Below are positions 38,708-49,198 of a stretch of 64,000 nucleotides of DNA, piece after piece. This DNA is from Candidatus Krumholzibacteriia bacterium (GTDB lineage: Bacteria; Krumholzibacteriota; Krumholzibacteriia; JAJRXK01), in the NCBI GenBank assembly GCA_041484665.1, contig JBGPIA010000010.1:104421-168420 (forward strand), in the 5' to 3' direction. Position numbers and translations under genes: made by a program. Below the pieces are notes generated by a model. The model did not search any database and was not told the DNA's origin. It saw only the letters and a list, made by a program, of their open reading frames with translations. Position 1 is the stretch's first letter. Each line of letters begins with the position of its first letter.

Positions 38708-39337
38708 CTACCGTCCGCGCGCCGTGAGGCCGCGCCACAGGGCCAGCAGCCCGAACGCGGCGATGACCACGCCCGAGCCACGATTCACCCAACGCAGACC
38801 GTGCAGGTCGAGCCGGCTACGCAAGGATGCTGCCAGGCCCGACAGGACCAGCCACCAGAGCGCCGATCCCAGGAACACACCCAGGACCAGCGCGGCGGCC
38901 GCTGCGTAGCTGCCGCTGGCGGCGCCCAGGCCCAGCCCTGCGAAGACCGCGGCGAAGGAGAGGATCGTCATCGGGTTGGTGAGCGTCAGCAGGAACGTCG
39001 TTCCATACGCGCCCCACAGTCCCAGCCCGCGCGCCTCCGCCGCCCCGCCAGCGGGGGCAGCCGTGAACGTTCGCGCTCCAAGATAGCAGAGGAACGTCCC
39101 TCCGATGAGCCCCAGCCAGCGCTGCTGGGCGATCAGCGCGCTGGAGAGGACGCTCAGGCCGAAGCCGGCGATGCAGCCGTAGACTGCGTCCGCTGTGGCC
39201 GCTCCCAGCCCGCAGGCGAGGCCGGTGCTGCGGCCATCGGCAAGGGTGCGCCGGATGCAGAGCACGCCGATCGGCCCGACCGGCGCGGCGATCGAGAATC
39301 CGATGACGAAGCCGCGCAGCAGGAACCCGAAGTCCAT
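38708..39337 (-). CDS. LysE family translocator
   Basis: IAAPVGP, GLGAATAD, LTLTNP. Confidence 0.88.
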   Translation of the reverse strand: MDFGFLLRGFVIGFSIAAPVGPIGVLCIRRTLADGRSTGLACGLGAATADAVYGCIAGFGLSVLSSALIAQQRWLGLIGGTFLCYLGARTFTAAPAGGAAEARGLGLWGAYGTTFLLTLTNPMTILSFAAVFAGLGLGAASGSYAAAAALVLGVFLGSALWWLVLSGLAASLRSRLDLHGLRWVNRGSGVVIAAFGLLALWRGLTARGR

Positions 39338-39388
39338 GCCCACCAACCATCCTCGAGTGTCTGGTGAGCCTGCGGCCGCGCCGGCCGC

Positions 39389-40024
39389 TCAGCGCCACTG
39401 CCCCGGATCGCCCGCCGTCCAGCGCGTCGAGCGCTCCAAGCGGACCTTGCGCCTGCCGAACGCCACGCGCCCCGCCGAGCGGAAGATCACGACGCACACG
39501 AGCGCGAGCACCAACAGGCACACCAGCGGCAGCAGGATCGCCAGCGCCGACGCGGTGCTAGCGCCGACGAGCTCCATCGCCGCGAATGCCGGGTTGGCCA
39601 GCCCCCCGGTCGCGGCCGAGGACTTCAGGCGCATCAGCACCGTTGCACCCTGGACCAGGCCCGCGATCCCTCCGCCAGCGATCAGCGCAACGGCCCAGCG
39701 CAGCAGCGGCGGGAGGTCCACCATGACCGACGCGCTCACCACGATCCCGGCGAGCACGGCGGTGGGGGTCGCCAGCAGGTCCAGGAAGTGATCGACCACT
39801 GGGACGGAGTAGGCGAGCACCTCGAAGACGGTGGCCGCGGCAAAGGCGATCAGCGCCGGCCAGGTCGCGATCCACGCGAAGCCCGGCGTGAGGTGCACGT
39901 GGCCGCTCAGGCCGGCGATGCTCAGCGCCAGCAGCGGCACGAACACGCGGAAGCCGCACGCGGCCGCGAGGCCGAGGCCGATGGCGATGCTGAGTGCGGC
40001 GTCGATTGGCTGCATCATCTGCAT
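39389..40024 (-). CDS. DUF4126 membrane protein
   Basis: GLGLAAACGFRVFVP, EVLAYSVPVVDHFLD, SAATGGLANP. Confidence 0.8.
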   Translation of the reverse strand: MQMMQPIDAALSIAIGLGLAAACGFRVFVPLLALSIAGLSGHVHLTPGFAWIATWPALIAFAAATVFEVLAYSVPVVDHFLDLLATPTAVLAGIVVSASVMVDLPPLLRWAVALIAGGGIAGLVQGATVLMRLKSSAATGGLANPAFAAMELVGASTASALAILLPLVCLLVLALVCVVIFRSAGRVAFGRRKVRLERSTRWTAGDPGQWR

Positions 40025-40224
40025 CGTGTGCCTCGCGTCCCTCGCATCGCCTGGCTCCACAGCGAAGGTATCTGGCGGGCGCGGTTTGCACAAGGCGGAG
40101 CCGGCTGGGCGAGGCCGGTCACGTTGAGGCGGTCAGGCTGCGCCGGTCAGGCTGGGCCGGTCGCGCCGGGCCGGTCAGTCGCGGAGCGTCCAACCACGGG
40201 AGCAGCCGCGCCCGAGGACCTGCC

Positions 40225-43200
40225 CTATTCGATCACGATCTCGTCGACGAAGATGAACGCGCTATCCCCGTGCCCCGGATGCCAGTCTGGGATGCGGCCG
40301 TAGTTGCGAGCGAAGACGCGCACGTAGCGGGCCTCGGCGCCCTGCAGCTCGGCGACGATCTCGCGGACCACGACGCCATACTCGCGATCGGAGACGCCGC
40401 TGGTCAGCCGCGCGACCTCCCGGAAGGCATGCCGGTCCCGCGAGACCGCCACAACGACCTCCGCCGGCATCCAGATCCACGAACGCACGTCCTGCAGGAA
40501 GCTGGCGCCGACGCGCCGCAGCGGCCGGACGCGGCCGAGATCGACCGTCGCATCGAAGTCGGTGTCCTGATAGCCCTGCCAGCCGCCCGTGCGCCAGTCG
40601 CTGGCGCCATGCAGGCCGTCGATGAGCGCCTGCGGTCCGCCGGCGGTGTATTGGGCGTTGGGCACGCTGAGCACCTCGATCGCCCAGTCGTTGGGGATGC
40701 GGTGGAAGCGCGACGTGACGACCGGGCTCGTCCGGCTGTCGGATGCAGAGGCTGCCTCGCCGGGCTCGGCGAAGAACGAGATCGTAGCGCTGTCGCGCAG
40801 CACCAGCGGCTGCCGGAACTGCTCCCACTCGCCCCGCGGTGGCGGGGGCGCCGGCGTGGCCCCGGCTGCCAGCTGAAACCGGATGCGCGCTGCCGGGTCG
40901 GCGCAGCGCAGCTCCACGCGCAAGCTGTCCCGGAAGACGTCCCCTTCCGCCTGAGCCCAGGGTGCCGCAACGATGCGTTCGCCCTGCAGCGCGGAGTGAG
41001 GGCGATCCTGCGGGTCGTGGCCCCACCGCTCATTGGGACGCGGCCCAAGGGTCAGGACCAGCTTTCCGCCGGCCATGATCTCGTCGTGACGCAAGTAGCA
41101 GCGCGTCAGTGTGTGGCCGTTGAGCTGCCCCCCCTGAACGTAGATCGCGCGCCCGGCAGCGCCGCTGGCGCCTGCATCCGCGGCGCCACTGGCGCGTGCA
41201 GGTCCGCGCGTCTCGATCACGAAGCGCCGGCCGCCGTCCAGGTAAAGCGTCACCTTGTCGAACTCCGGAAGGCCCAGTGCGTACTCCCCCGACCCCGGGC
41301 ACACGGGGTAGAGCCCCATCGCGCTCAGCACGTACCACGCCGACATCTGACCGCAATCCTCGTTGCCGGCCAGGCCGTCCGGTGCGTCAGCGTACAACGT
41401 GTCCAGGATCTGGCGGACGCGCTCCACGCTCTTCCACGGCATGCCTGCATAGTGATACAGCCACGCCATGTGGTGGCTGGGCTCGTTGCCATGGGCGTAC
41501 TGGCCGATCAGCCCCGTGATGTCGGCCTGCTCGCGGCCGGTCGTCTGGCTCTGCGCCGTGAACAGCGCGTCCAGCTTCTCCACGAATGCCTGCTCACCGC
41601 CCATCGCCTCCATCAGCCCCGCAATGTCGTGCGGCACGAAGAAGCCGTACTGCCAGGCGTTGGCCTCGGTGTAGTTGTTGTCGACGCGGCGCGGATCAAA
41701 GGGCTCCGCCCAGCGTCCGTTGTGGCGCGCGCGCATGAAGCTGGTCTGCGGATCGAGCAGATGCCGCCAGGCCTGGCTGCGCCGCGTGAACTCGGCGGCG
41801 ACGTCGCCGCGGCCCACCGCGCCCGCCATCTGTGCGATGCACCAATCGTCGTAGGCGTACTCGAGGGTCTTGCTGACCGACTCCGCCTCGCGCTCGGAGG
41901 GGACGAAGCCCTGCTGCTGGTAGGCGTCCAGGCCCCGCTCCGGCAGCGTCGCGCTGTGGACCATCGCGTCGAGCGCGAGGCCTGCATCGAATCCCCGGAT
42001 GCCCTTGAGCCACGCATCGGCAATGACCGACACGGAGTGGTAGCCGATCATGCAGTCGGTCTCGTTGGCCGCTAGCTCCCACACCGGCAGCCGTCCACGC
42101 TGCTGGTACTGCGCCAGGAACGTCTGGACGATCTCGCTCGTGCGCTGCGGTTCCAGAATCGTCAAGAGCGGGTGCAAGGCCCGAAACGTATCCCACAGCG
42201 AGAACACCGTGTATTGGCGGCGCCCCTGCGCGCTGTGGATGTGCAGGTCCATGCCGCGGTAGCGTCCGTCCACGTCGGAGAACACGTTGGGCGCCAGCAG
42301 GCAGTGGTACAGCGCCGTGGTGAAGATCGTCCGCTGCCGCGACGTGCCACCCTCGATCTCGACCCGCGAGAGTGCCTGGTCCCAGCGCTGCCGCGCGGCG
42401 CGCCGCACCGCTCTGAAATCCCAGCCGGGCAGCTCGGCGTCGAGGTTGCGCCGCGCGCCGTCGATGTCGACAGCCGAAATTCCCACTTTGACCAGGATCT
42501 CGCCACCGCGGTCGCCGAACGAGAGAACCCCCTTGACGCTCGTGCCGGAGCCCTCGCCCAAGCCCTCGCGAAGCGTATCGTTGACTGCGACCCGCGCCTG
42601 CTGGAACGGCCTCGAGAAGCGCGCTACGAAGTAGACGACCTGGTCGCGCGCCCAGGAGCTGGAACGGCGAAAGCCCTCGAGCTCGCGATCTCCGACCACG
42701 CGCAGCGAGGAGCCGAGCACCGGGTCGCGGTGCGTCAGGTCGACGATCACATGGGCGTCGCGGCCGCGCCGGAATCGGTAGCGATGCAGGCCGGCGCGCT
42801 CGGTGGCCGTCAGCTCGACGCCGATGCCAGAGTCCTCCAGCTCCACGGCATACCAGCCGGGCTCGGCGCGCTCGCTCCGTTTGGAGAAGCGCGAGCCGTA
42901 GCCCCCGCCAGGTGCGCCGCCGGCGCCAGCGGCCAGCCGGGGCGCGCCGGTGACCGGCATGAAGAGGATGTCGCAGTAATCGGGAACGCCCGTCCCGCTC
43001 AGGTGCGTGTGCGAGAAGCCGTAGATGACATCGTCACTGTAATGGTAGCCGGAGCAGCCGTCCCAGCCTTCCAGGCGCGTGTCCGGGCTGAGCTGGACCA
43101 TGCCGAACGGCAGGCTCGCGCCGGGGAACGTATGGCCGTGGCCCCCGGTGCCGATGAACGGGTTTACGGAGCGGGCAGGATCGTCGTTGGCGTACGCCAC

Positions 43201-43338
43201 GGTCGCGCCGGTGAGAGCCGACGTGCCTGCGAGAAGCGCCGTGCCGATGAGAAGCGAGACGCGGGTCAGGTAATGCGGCGTTACGCTGCCACGCCGCCGC
43301 CGTGCACCGCCCTGACGCGCATCAGCGGCGAGCGCCAC
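40225..43338 (-). CDS. GH92 alpha-1,2-mannosidase family, secreted, with C-terminal accessory domains
   Basis: VNPFIGTGGHGHTFPGA..PFGMVQLSPDT, FSHTHLSGTG, SLWDTFRA, YAHGNEPSHH, GNEDCGQMSAW; start uncertain. Confidence 0.9.
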   Translation of the reverse strand: MALAADARQGGARRRRGSVTPHYLTRVSLLIGTALLAGTSALTGATVAYANDDPARSVNPFIGTGGHGHTFPGASLPFGMVQLSPDTRLEGWDGCSGYHYSDDVIYGFSHTHLSGTGVPDYCDILFMPVTGAPRLAAGAGGAPGGGYGSRFSKRSERAEPGWYAVELEDSGIGVELTATERAGLHRYRFRRGRDAHVIVDLTHRDPVLGSSLRVVGDRELEGFRRSSSWARDQVVYFVARFSRPFQQARVAVNDTLREGLGEGSGTSVKGVLSFGDRGGEILVKVGISAVDIDGARRNLDAELPGWDFRAVRRAARQRWDQALSRVEIEGGTSRQRTIFTTALYHCLLAPNVFSDVDGRYRGMDLHIHSAQGRRQYTVFSLWDTFRALHPLLTILEPQRTSEIVQTFLAQYQQRGRLPVWELAANETDCMIGYHSVSVIADAWLKGIRGFDAGLALDAMVHSATLPERGLDAYQQQGFVPSEREAESVSKTLEYAYDDWCIAQMAGAVGRGDVAAEFTRRSQAWRHLLDPQTSFMRARHNGRWAEPFDPRRVDNNYTEANAWQYGFFVPHDIAGLMEAMGGEQAFVEKLDALFTAQSQTTGREQADITGLIGQYAHGNEPSHHMAWLYHYAGMPWKSVERVRQILDTLYADAPDGLAGNEDCGQMSAWYVLSAMGLYPVCPGSGEYALGLPEFDKVTLYLDGGRRFVIETRGPARASGAADAGASGAAGRAIYVQGGQLNGHTLTRCYLRHDEIMAGGKLVLTLGPRPNERWGHDPQDRPHSALQGERIVAAPWAQAEGDVFRDSLRVELRCADPAARIRFQLAAGATPAPPPPRGEWEQFRQPLVLRDSATISFFAEPGEAASASDSRTSPVVTSRFHRIPNDWAIEVLSVPNAQYTAGGPQALIDGLHGASDWRTGGWQGYQDTDFDATVDLGRVRPLRRVGASFLQDVRSWIWMPAEVVVAVSRDRHAFREVARLTSGVSDREYGVVVREIVAELQGAEARYVRVFARNYGRIPDWHPGHGDSAFIFVDEIVIE

Positions 43339-44287
43339 GGTCCAGCTCCGCCCACAACAGCGCGGCAGCGCCCAGCACCCCCGCGTTGTGGTCGTGGAGT
43401 TCCGACACGCGTAGCTCGACCTTCCCCCGCCAGAGGGTGTGCAGGCTCGCCTCGAAGTGCTCGCGCAGCGGTCGCATCAACACGTCTCCGGCTTGGGCGA
43501 GGCCGCCGAAGAGCACGATCGCCTGCGGGCTGGTGATCGCCACCGCGTTGGCCAGCGCCAAGCCGAGGATCCTCGCGGTGTATTCGAAGGCGTCCAGCGC
43601 CAGCGCATCGCCCGCGGCGGCCGCCTGGGCGATGGCCTTTGCCGTGAGTTGGTCGGGCGCCAGGTCCCGCAGAGGGCTGCGGCGCTCGGCGGGATGAAGC
43701 CATTCGCGCACCGTGCGCACCAGCCCGGTGGCCGAGGCGTAGGTTTCCAGGCAACCAAGACGCCCGCAGCCGCACGGCCGTCCGTCGCGCTCGACGGTCG
43801 TGTGCCCCAGCTCGCCCGCGAAGCCGTCGTGCCCGTAGAGCAGCTGCCCCCCGGCCACGAATCCGCTGCCCAACCCGGTGCCCAACGTCACGACCAGATA
43901 ATCGGTCAGCCCGCGCGCCGCGCCGAACAGGCCTTCACCGAGCGCGGCCGCCTTGGCGTCGTTGGTGAGCACGGCCGGCAGCGCGAAGCGCTCGGCGAAC
44001 ATCGCGGCCAGCGGTGTCACGCCGGGCCACGGGAGATTCGGCGGGTACTCGACGGTGCCGCGGTGGTAATTGCCGTTGGGCGCGCCGATGCCGATCCCCG
44101 CCACGCGTGCGTCGCCCAGCTGCGGGAGCACCGCGATGGCGGCCGCGTGCACGCCCGCGGCCAGCTCGCGGGGGCCCGCGAAGTCCGCCGTGGGCTCTGA
44201 CCCCGCGTGCACGCAGTTCCCCGACCGGTCGACCAGCCCCCACTTGGTGTTGGTTCCACCCAGGTCCACGCCCAGCGCTACGTCCAT
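43322..44287 (-). CDS. ROK family sugar kinase
   Basis: GVDLGGT, NDAKAAALGE, TLGTGLG, GELGH, CGCGRLGCLE. Confidence 0.9.
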   Translation of the reverse strand: MDVALGVDLGGTNTKWGLVDRSGNCVHAGSEPTADFAGPRELAAGVHAAAIAVLPQLGDARVAGIGIGAPNGNYHRGTVEYPPNLPWPGVTPLAAMFAERFALPAVLTNDAKAAALGEGLFGAARGLTDYLVVTLGTGLGSGFVAGGQLLYGHDGFAGELGHTTVERDGRPCGCGRLGCLETYASATGLVRTVREWLHPAERRSPLRDLAPDQLTAKAIAQAAAAGDALALDAFEYTARILGLALANAVAITSPQAIVLFGGLAQAGDVLMRPLREHFEASLHTLWRGKVELRVSELHDHNAGVLGAAALLWAELDRGARR

Positions 44288-45711
44288 GGTGTTCCTCGTG
44301 CGTCCGTTCGCAGCGGGCCCGCTGCGGCCTGCGCCACGGCCGGCCGCTGCCGCGACCGCCCCACCTCATGCCCACGCCAGCCATAGTAGGCGATGTACAG
44401 GTACGCCAGCATCGGAACGACGAAGCTGCGGTGCACGCCGAATCGATCGGCGAAGGCGCCTTGCGCCAGCGGGAAGAGCGCTCCGCCGATGATGGCCATC
44501 ACCAGCAGCGAGCTGGCCTGGCTCTTGTGCTCACCCAGCCCTTCGATGGCCAGGCTGAAGATGTTCGACCACATGATCGAGTTGAACAGCCCTGCTGCGA
44601 TCACGCACCACATGCTGGGCCGGCCGTTGAGAGCCAACGCCAGTCCCAGCAGCCCCACGATCGCCAGCGCGAACACCCACGTCGTGCGTCCGGGCAGGAA
44701 GCGCCCCAGGCGGAAGGCTCCCAGGTTGACCAAGAGGAAGATCCCGTAGGTCAGCGCGATCCCCGCGCCGCGCAGGTAGAGGATCACCAGCAGCGCCGCC
44801 GCCGGCAGGCCCAACAGCAGCAGCTCCTTGCGCTGCCGCGGCAGCTCGCTGAGCGAGACGGCTCCCATGAAGCGCCCGATCATGAGCCCGCCCCAGTAGA
44901 ACGCCACGTAGGTGCTCGCCTCGTGCTGGCTCATCCCGGCGATCTGCGGCAACCCCAGGAAGCTGATCAGGATGCTGCCGACGCTCACCTCCGCGCCCAC
45001 GTAGGCGAAGATGGCGACGATGCCCAGCACGAGGTGCGGATAGCGCAGCGCGGCCATGCCGCCCTGCACCCGCTCCATGCTCGCGACGCGGGGCAGGTGC
45101 TCGAAGGAGATCAGCACCGCGATCAACAGCAGCACGCCGGCGAAGACCAGATACGGTACCTTGACCGAATCAGCGCCGCCCGCCGCGCCCGCAAAGTACT
45201 TGAAGACCAGGAACCCTCCCAGCAGCGGCCCGATGGTGGTGCCCAGCGAGTTGAAGCCCTGCGAGAGGTTGAGCCGACTGGGCGCGGTGCTCTCGTCGCC
45301 CAGGAGCGTCACGTACGGGTTGGCGGAGATCTGCAGCAGCGTGAAGCCGAGACCCAGGATGAACAGCGCCGACAGGAAGAACGGGTAGCTCACGAATTGC
45401 GCCGCTGGCCAGAACAACGCCGCACCGGAGGCGGACAACAGCAGGCCCGCCACGATGCCATTCTTGTAGCCCATGCGCTGGATGGGATCGCCCGACCGCG
45501 CCGAGATCGCGAAGTAGATCACCGAGCCGATGAAGTAGGCCCCGAAGAACGCGAACTGCACCAGCATCGCGCGGAAGTAATTCAGCGCGAAGACCCCCTT
45601 CAGATACGGGATCAGGACGTCATTCATGGAGGTGAGGAAGCCCCACATGAAAAAGAGCACCGTGAGCACGGCGAGGGGGCGGCGGTAGGACGTGTCGCTG
45701 GGGCGGGCCAT
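44278..45711 (-). CDS. GluP/FucP family sugar MFS transporter
   Basis: LFFMWGF, QFAFFGAY, LQISANPY, RLNLSQGFNSLG, YVGAEV. Confidence 0.9.
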   Translation of the reverse strand: MARPSDTSYRRPLAVLTVLFFMWGFLTSMNDVLIPYLKGVFALNYFRAMLVQFAFFGAYFIGSVIYFAISARSGDPIQRMGYKNGIVAGLLLSASGAALFWPAAQFVSYPFFLSALFILGLGFTLLQISANPYVTLLGDESTAPSRLNLSQGFNSLGTTIGPLLGGFLVFKYFAGAAGGADSVKVPYLVFAGVLLLIAVLISFEHLPRVASMERVQGGMAALRYPHLVLGIVAIFAYVGAEVSVGSILISFLGLPQIAGMSQHEASTYVAFYWGGLMIGRFMGAVSLSELPRQRKELLLLGLPAAALLVILYLRGAGIALTYGIFLLVNLGAFRLGRFLPGRTTWVFALAIVGLLGLALALNGRPSMWCVIAAGLFNSIMWSNIFSLAIEGLGEHKSQASSLLVMAIIGGALFPLAQGAFADRFGVHRSFVVPMLAYLYIAYYGWRGHEVGRSRQRPAVAQAAAGPLRTDARGTPWT

Positions 45712-45852
45712 GACGAGGAAGGCGAGCTTAGGGATGGCCGGGGGCGGCGGTCAAGGACTGCGGCGCGGGCGAACCCAGTTGCCCACCGTTGCTGAATCCG
45801 TCACCATGAGCGGCAGGTGCCGAACTCCCCCTGGCACGAGGAAGGACCTTCG

Positions 45853-46251
45853 ATGGCCGATTCCACGGGGCCTGAGATCGGAAGCATCGCCTGGACCGAC
45901 CTGACGGTCGGCCCCGCGGAGGCCGTCCGCGACTTCTACGCCGGGGTCGTCGGCTGGAAGCCCGCTTCCGTGGACATGCAAGGCTACAACGACTTCGTCA
46001 TGGCCGCCCCGGAGAGCGGGCGGGCCATCGCCGGCGTCTGCCACGCGCGGGGGTCCAATGACGGGCTCCCGGCGCAGTGGCTCATCTATATCGTAGTCGC
46101 GGACCTCGAGCGCAGCGCCGCACGTTGCGAGGAGCTCGGCGGGAAAGTGCTCGTGAAGCCGAAAGGCATGGGCGGCTACGGGCGCTACTGCGTGATCGAG
46201 GATCCGGCCGGCGCGGTGGCGGCGCTGTTCCAGCCGGTGCGGGGCGCTTGA
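45853..46251 (+). CDS. VOC family protein
   Basis: IAWTDLTV, FYAGVVGW, WLIYIVVADL, CVIEDPAGA. Confidence 0.85.
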   Translation: MADSTGPEIGSIAWTDLTVGPAEAVRDFYAGVVGWKPASVDMQGYNDFVMAAPESGRAIAGVCHARGSNDGLPAQWLIYIVVADLERSAARCEELGGKVLVKPKGMGGYGRYCVIEDPAGAVAALFQPVRGA

Positions 46252-46285
46252 CCACGATGGAGGCGGCAGCTACGTTTCGGGTGCT

Positions 46286-46468
46286 ATGGGCGATCATGCT
46301 CCACCGCTGCCGTACGATCCCGTGATCGAGGCGTACAAGAAGGACGTCGACCGCTCCCTCATCCGCGAGAATCTCAAGCTCACGCCGGAGGAGCGATTGC
46401 TGAAGCTGCACCGGCTCCGGCTGCTCGCAGAGGAGCTCCGGCGGGCAGGAGCTCGCAGACCGCAATGA
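46286..46468 (+). CDS. Small hypothetical protein, antitoxin-like
   Basis: DVDRSLIRENLKLTPEERL; ATGA overlap with the nucleotidyltransferase gene. Confidence 0.65.
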   Translation: MGDHAPPLPYDPVIEAYKKDVDRSLIRENLKLTPEERLLKLHRLRLLAEELRRAGARRPQ

Positions 46469-46947
46469 CCACCCCGGATTCGCTTCTGCGCGCGCTGGTC
46501 GAGGCAAGGGTCGAGTTCATTCTCGTGGGCGGTGTCGCGGCGACGGTGCATGGCTCCTCGCGGCTCACGGAGGACCTGGACATCGTCTACGCGAGGTCTG
46601 CGCGGAATATCGAATGCCTGGCGGCCGCCCTCGCGCTCCACCACCCCTACCTCCGCGGTGCTCCTCCCGGACTGCCGTTTCGCTGGGACGCCGGCACCAT
46701 CGAGCGCGGGCTGAACTTCACGCTGACCACCAACCTCGGCGACCTCGACCTGCTCGGTGAGATCGCGGGCGGCGGAGGTTACGACGCGTTGCTGCGCGAT
46801 GCGGTGCCGATCGACCTCTTCGGGCTGAGATGTCTCTGCCTTGGCTTGCGGCGGCTCATCGAGGTCAAGCGGGCGGCGGGCCGGCCGAAGGACCTGGAGG
46901 CAGTCGCCGAGTTGGAGGCGATCCTCGAGGAGCGCGATCGCGAGTGA
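46465..46947 (+). CDS. Minimal nucleotidyltransferase (Pol beta superfamily)
   Basis: LVGGVAA..HG..R.T.DLDI, C-terminal KRAAGRPKD. Confidence 0.8.
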   Translation: MTTPDSLLRALVEARVEFILVGGVAATVHGSSRLTEDLDIVYARSARNIECLAAALALHHPYLRGAPPGLPFRWDAGTIERGLNFTLTTNLGDLDLLGEIAGGGGYDALLRDAVPIDLFGLRCLCLGLRRLIEVKRAAGRPKDLEAVAELEAILEERDRE

Positions 46948-47002
46948 ATCCACAGCCGGGGGCCGCCGCAGCGCGCCGCGCCGGAAGCCGAGGAGTATGG
47001 GG

Positions 47003-47416
47003 TCAGCGCTCGCTCGCCGTCGGACCGGAGCCCTCCGGGATGTAGGCGTCGGCCTCGATTTCCACGAGCATCTGCGGATCGATCAGGCGGCGCACCTCGA
47101 CCATGCTGGTGGCCGGCCGGATCTGCCCGAAGAACTCCCCGTGGGCGCGGCCGACCGCCTCCCATTGGGCGATGTCGACGACGTACATGCGCGTGCGCAC
47201 GACGTGGTGCAGGGACGCGCCGGCCCGGGCCAGAGCCGACTCGATGTTGCGCAGAGTTTGCACGGTCTGGGCGTAGGGATCACCAATGCCGACCAGCCCC
47301 TGCTCGCTGGTCGCCGTCGTGCCCGACACGTGCACAAATGGACCGACACGCACGGCGCGGGAGTAGCCGACGACCGGCTCCCAGGGCGTCCCGCTGGAGA
47401 TATTGAGGCGGCCCAT
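47003..47416 (-). CDS. RidA family protein
   Basis: [36 protein letters not shown]. Confidence 0.9.
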   Translation of the reverse strand: MGRLNISSGTPWEPVVGYSRAVRVGPFVHVSGTTATSEQGLVGIGDPYAQTVQTLRNIESALARAGASLHHVVRTRMYVVDIAQWEAVGRAHGEFFGQIRPATSMVEVRRLIDPQMLVEIEADAYIPEGSGPTASER

Positions 47417-47639
47417 GGCAGCGCTACTCCGTACCCCCGGGTGATCAGGCGTGTGGCCGCGGGCGGCGCGCAGGGGCGCAGCGGAATCGGCGCGCCGACC
47501 CGGGCAGTATAGCCGGCGCCCGACGCGGGCGTCGAGCGCGCCCGCAGCGGGGTGGTGGATCGATTCTGGCCCGGATTTCAGCTCCGGCCCGGATTTCATC
47601 GCTCGGCAGGGAGCCACACGGCTATGCTGGCGGCGAGCC

Positions 47640-47677
47640 TCTGCGAATCTGAGCATAATTATGGTCAAATTTGCAGA
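47640..47677. promoter_or_regulatory. 38-bp imperfect palindrome in a divergent promoter region (probable operator)
   Basis: TCTGCGAATCTGAGCATAA|TTATGGTCAAATTTGCAGA, 16 of 19 positions symmetric. Confidence 0.5.
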
Positions 47678-47778
47678 GGGTCACGGCAACTGACCCACCA
47701 CCCGCGGCACCCCATTCCCCCCGCGCCGCGTGTCGATTACCTTCATCTTATTGCGTGGATCGCCGCGAGACGAACGCC

Positions 47779-48657
47779 TTGGTTCAAATCGACGATCAAC
47801 CCCTCACGCGAGCGCGGGAGATCCTGCTGCGCTCCGGGCACCGCGTGCGCCAGATCCAGCCCGCGGGCAGCGGGAGCCTGCACCATCTGCTCATCGTGGA
47901 GTTGGAGGACGGCGGCCTGCAGCTCATGCGCCTGGCCCGATCGCAGGATCTCGAGCACACGCGGGTCTCCCTGCGCGCGGAGGCCGAAGCCGCGCGCCGC
48001 GCCCACGGGATCGTCCCCGTCGCCTACCCGATGCTGCTGGTACCCGACGAGCTACGCCCTGAGGCGAGCCTCTCGCCGATTCTGCCCGGCGTGCGCGCCA
48101 TCGATCTGCGGGCGAAGGCGCCCTACGATCCGGGGATCGGCCTGCTCTGCCAAATGCTCGGCCGCACACTGGCCACGCTCCACACCATCCGCCGTCCGCT
48201 GGGCGAGCCCAGCTACATTGGTGGCTCCGGGCGGCCGCTCGACGAGCGCGGGGACCGATTGCTCCACGGCGATGCCCATCTGGGCAACCTGATGGTCGAG
48301 GTGATCCCCAGGAAGGGCTTCCACGTCAGCGGACTGATCGATTGGAGCTTCTGCCACTGGGGCCCGCCGGAAGCGGACCTGGTCGAGATGGCGATCTGCG
48401 AGGCCGAGCCACGCCCGCGCCTGGGGCAGCTGTTTCTGAAGGCGTACGTGGACAATGGCGGCGAGAAGCCCCGGCGCGAGGTGTTCCACGAGGCCCTTGC
48501 GCAGGAGCTCGAGCGGCGCTTGCACTCCCACGCGCAGGCGTACGACCCGGTGGCGCGTGACGTGTGGACGCGCTGGTCCCGGGCGCTGCAGCCGCGCAAC
48601 GTCGACCCGCTGCGGATATTCGCTCCAGGGAGGCTGCCGGGACGCGACCTGGTGTGA
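47779..48657 (+). CDS. Aminoglycoside phosphotransferase/choline kinase-like protein
   Basis: Brenner motif LLHGDAHLGN, GLIDW; TTG start uncertain. Confidence 0.78.
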   Translation: MVQIDDQPLTRAREILLRSGHRVRQIQPAGSGSLHHLLIVELEDGGLQLMRLARSQDLEHTRVSLRAEAEAARRAHGIVPVAYPMLLVPDELRPEASLSPILPGVRAIDLRAKAPYDPGIGLLCQMLGRTLATLHTIRRPLGEPSYIGGSGRPLDERGDRLLHGDAHLGNLMVEVIPRKGFHVSGLIDWSFCHWGPPEADLVEMAICEAEPRPRLGQLFLKAYVDNGGEKPRREVFHEALAQELERRLHSHAQAYDPVARDVWTRWSRALQPRNVDPLRIFAPGRLPGRDLV

Positions 48658-48778
48658 CCGCCTGCCTCACACGCGCGGCCTGCCCGTGCAGTCCACACGC
48701 TAGGCTCACACGCGCGGCGCGTCCGGCGCGGCGCGGCCGTCACAGCGCGCCCGCTCGGATCGCCCTGCGCCCCTCGCG

Positions 48779-49129
48779 CTAGCCGCCCTTCACGACCAGC
48801 TTGCGCACGGTTACCGGCAGCGTGGCGGATGTGCAGAATACCGCGCCCGGGAACTTCTCGCGCGCGGCCTGCACCTTCTCTTCAGTGCCGTCCACGAACA
48901 CGAGCGGGACCTCCCGCATGTCCTTCCGTTCGCGGGTCCACTGCGCGAAGGCGCGCCCGTGCGACGGCAGCCGCGCCAGCGACACGATGAAGACGTCCGG
49001 AGGCGCCGTGATCTTCGGTGGAACGTCGGTGCTGGAGTGGCAGGACACCACGTGTCCCACGGCGCGTAGGGGCTCGACGCGCTCGAGCACCTCGTCCTTG
49101 TTCCAGTGCAAGTAGAAGAGCCTCGCCAT
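48779..49129 (-). CDS. Hypothetical protein, receiver-like fold
   Basis: PPDVFIVSLARLPSHGR, VPLVFVDG; GGGAGG RBS. Confidence 0.65.
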   Translation of the reverse strand: MARLFYLHWNKDEVLERVEPLRAVGHVVSCHSSTDVPPKITAPPDVFIVSLARLPSHGRAFAQWTRERKDMREVPLVFVDGTEEKVQAAREKFPGAVFCTSATLPVTVRKLVVKGG

Positions 49130-49198
49130 CGTGGGACCTCCCGCCGGGGCTCCCGCGCCGGCCCGGCCAGCCCGCGCCCGCCCGTTTCGCCCGCCGGC

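Noticed and set aside
47645..47672. dif-like arms (GCATAA / TTATG..AAAT)
   Set aside because: The 6-bp central spacer required between the XerC and XerD arms is absent
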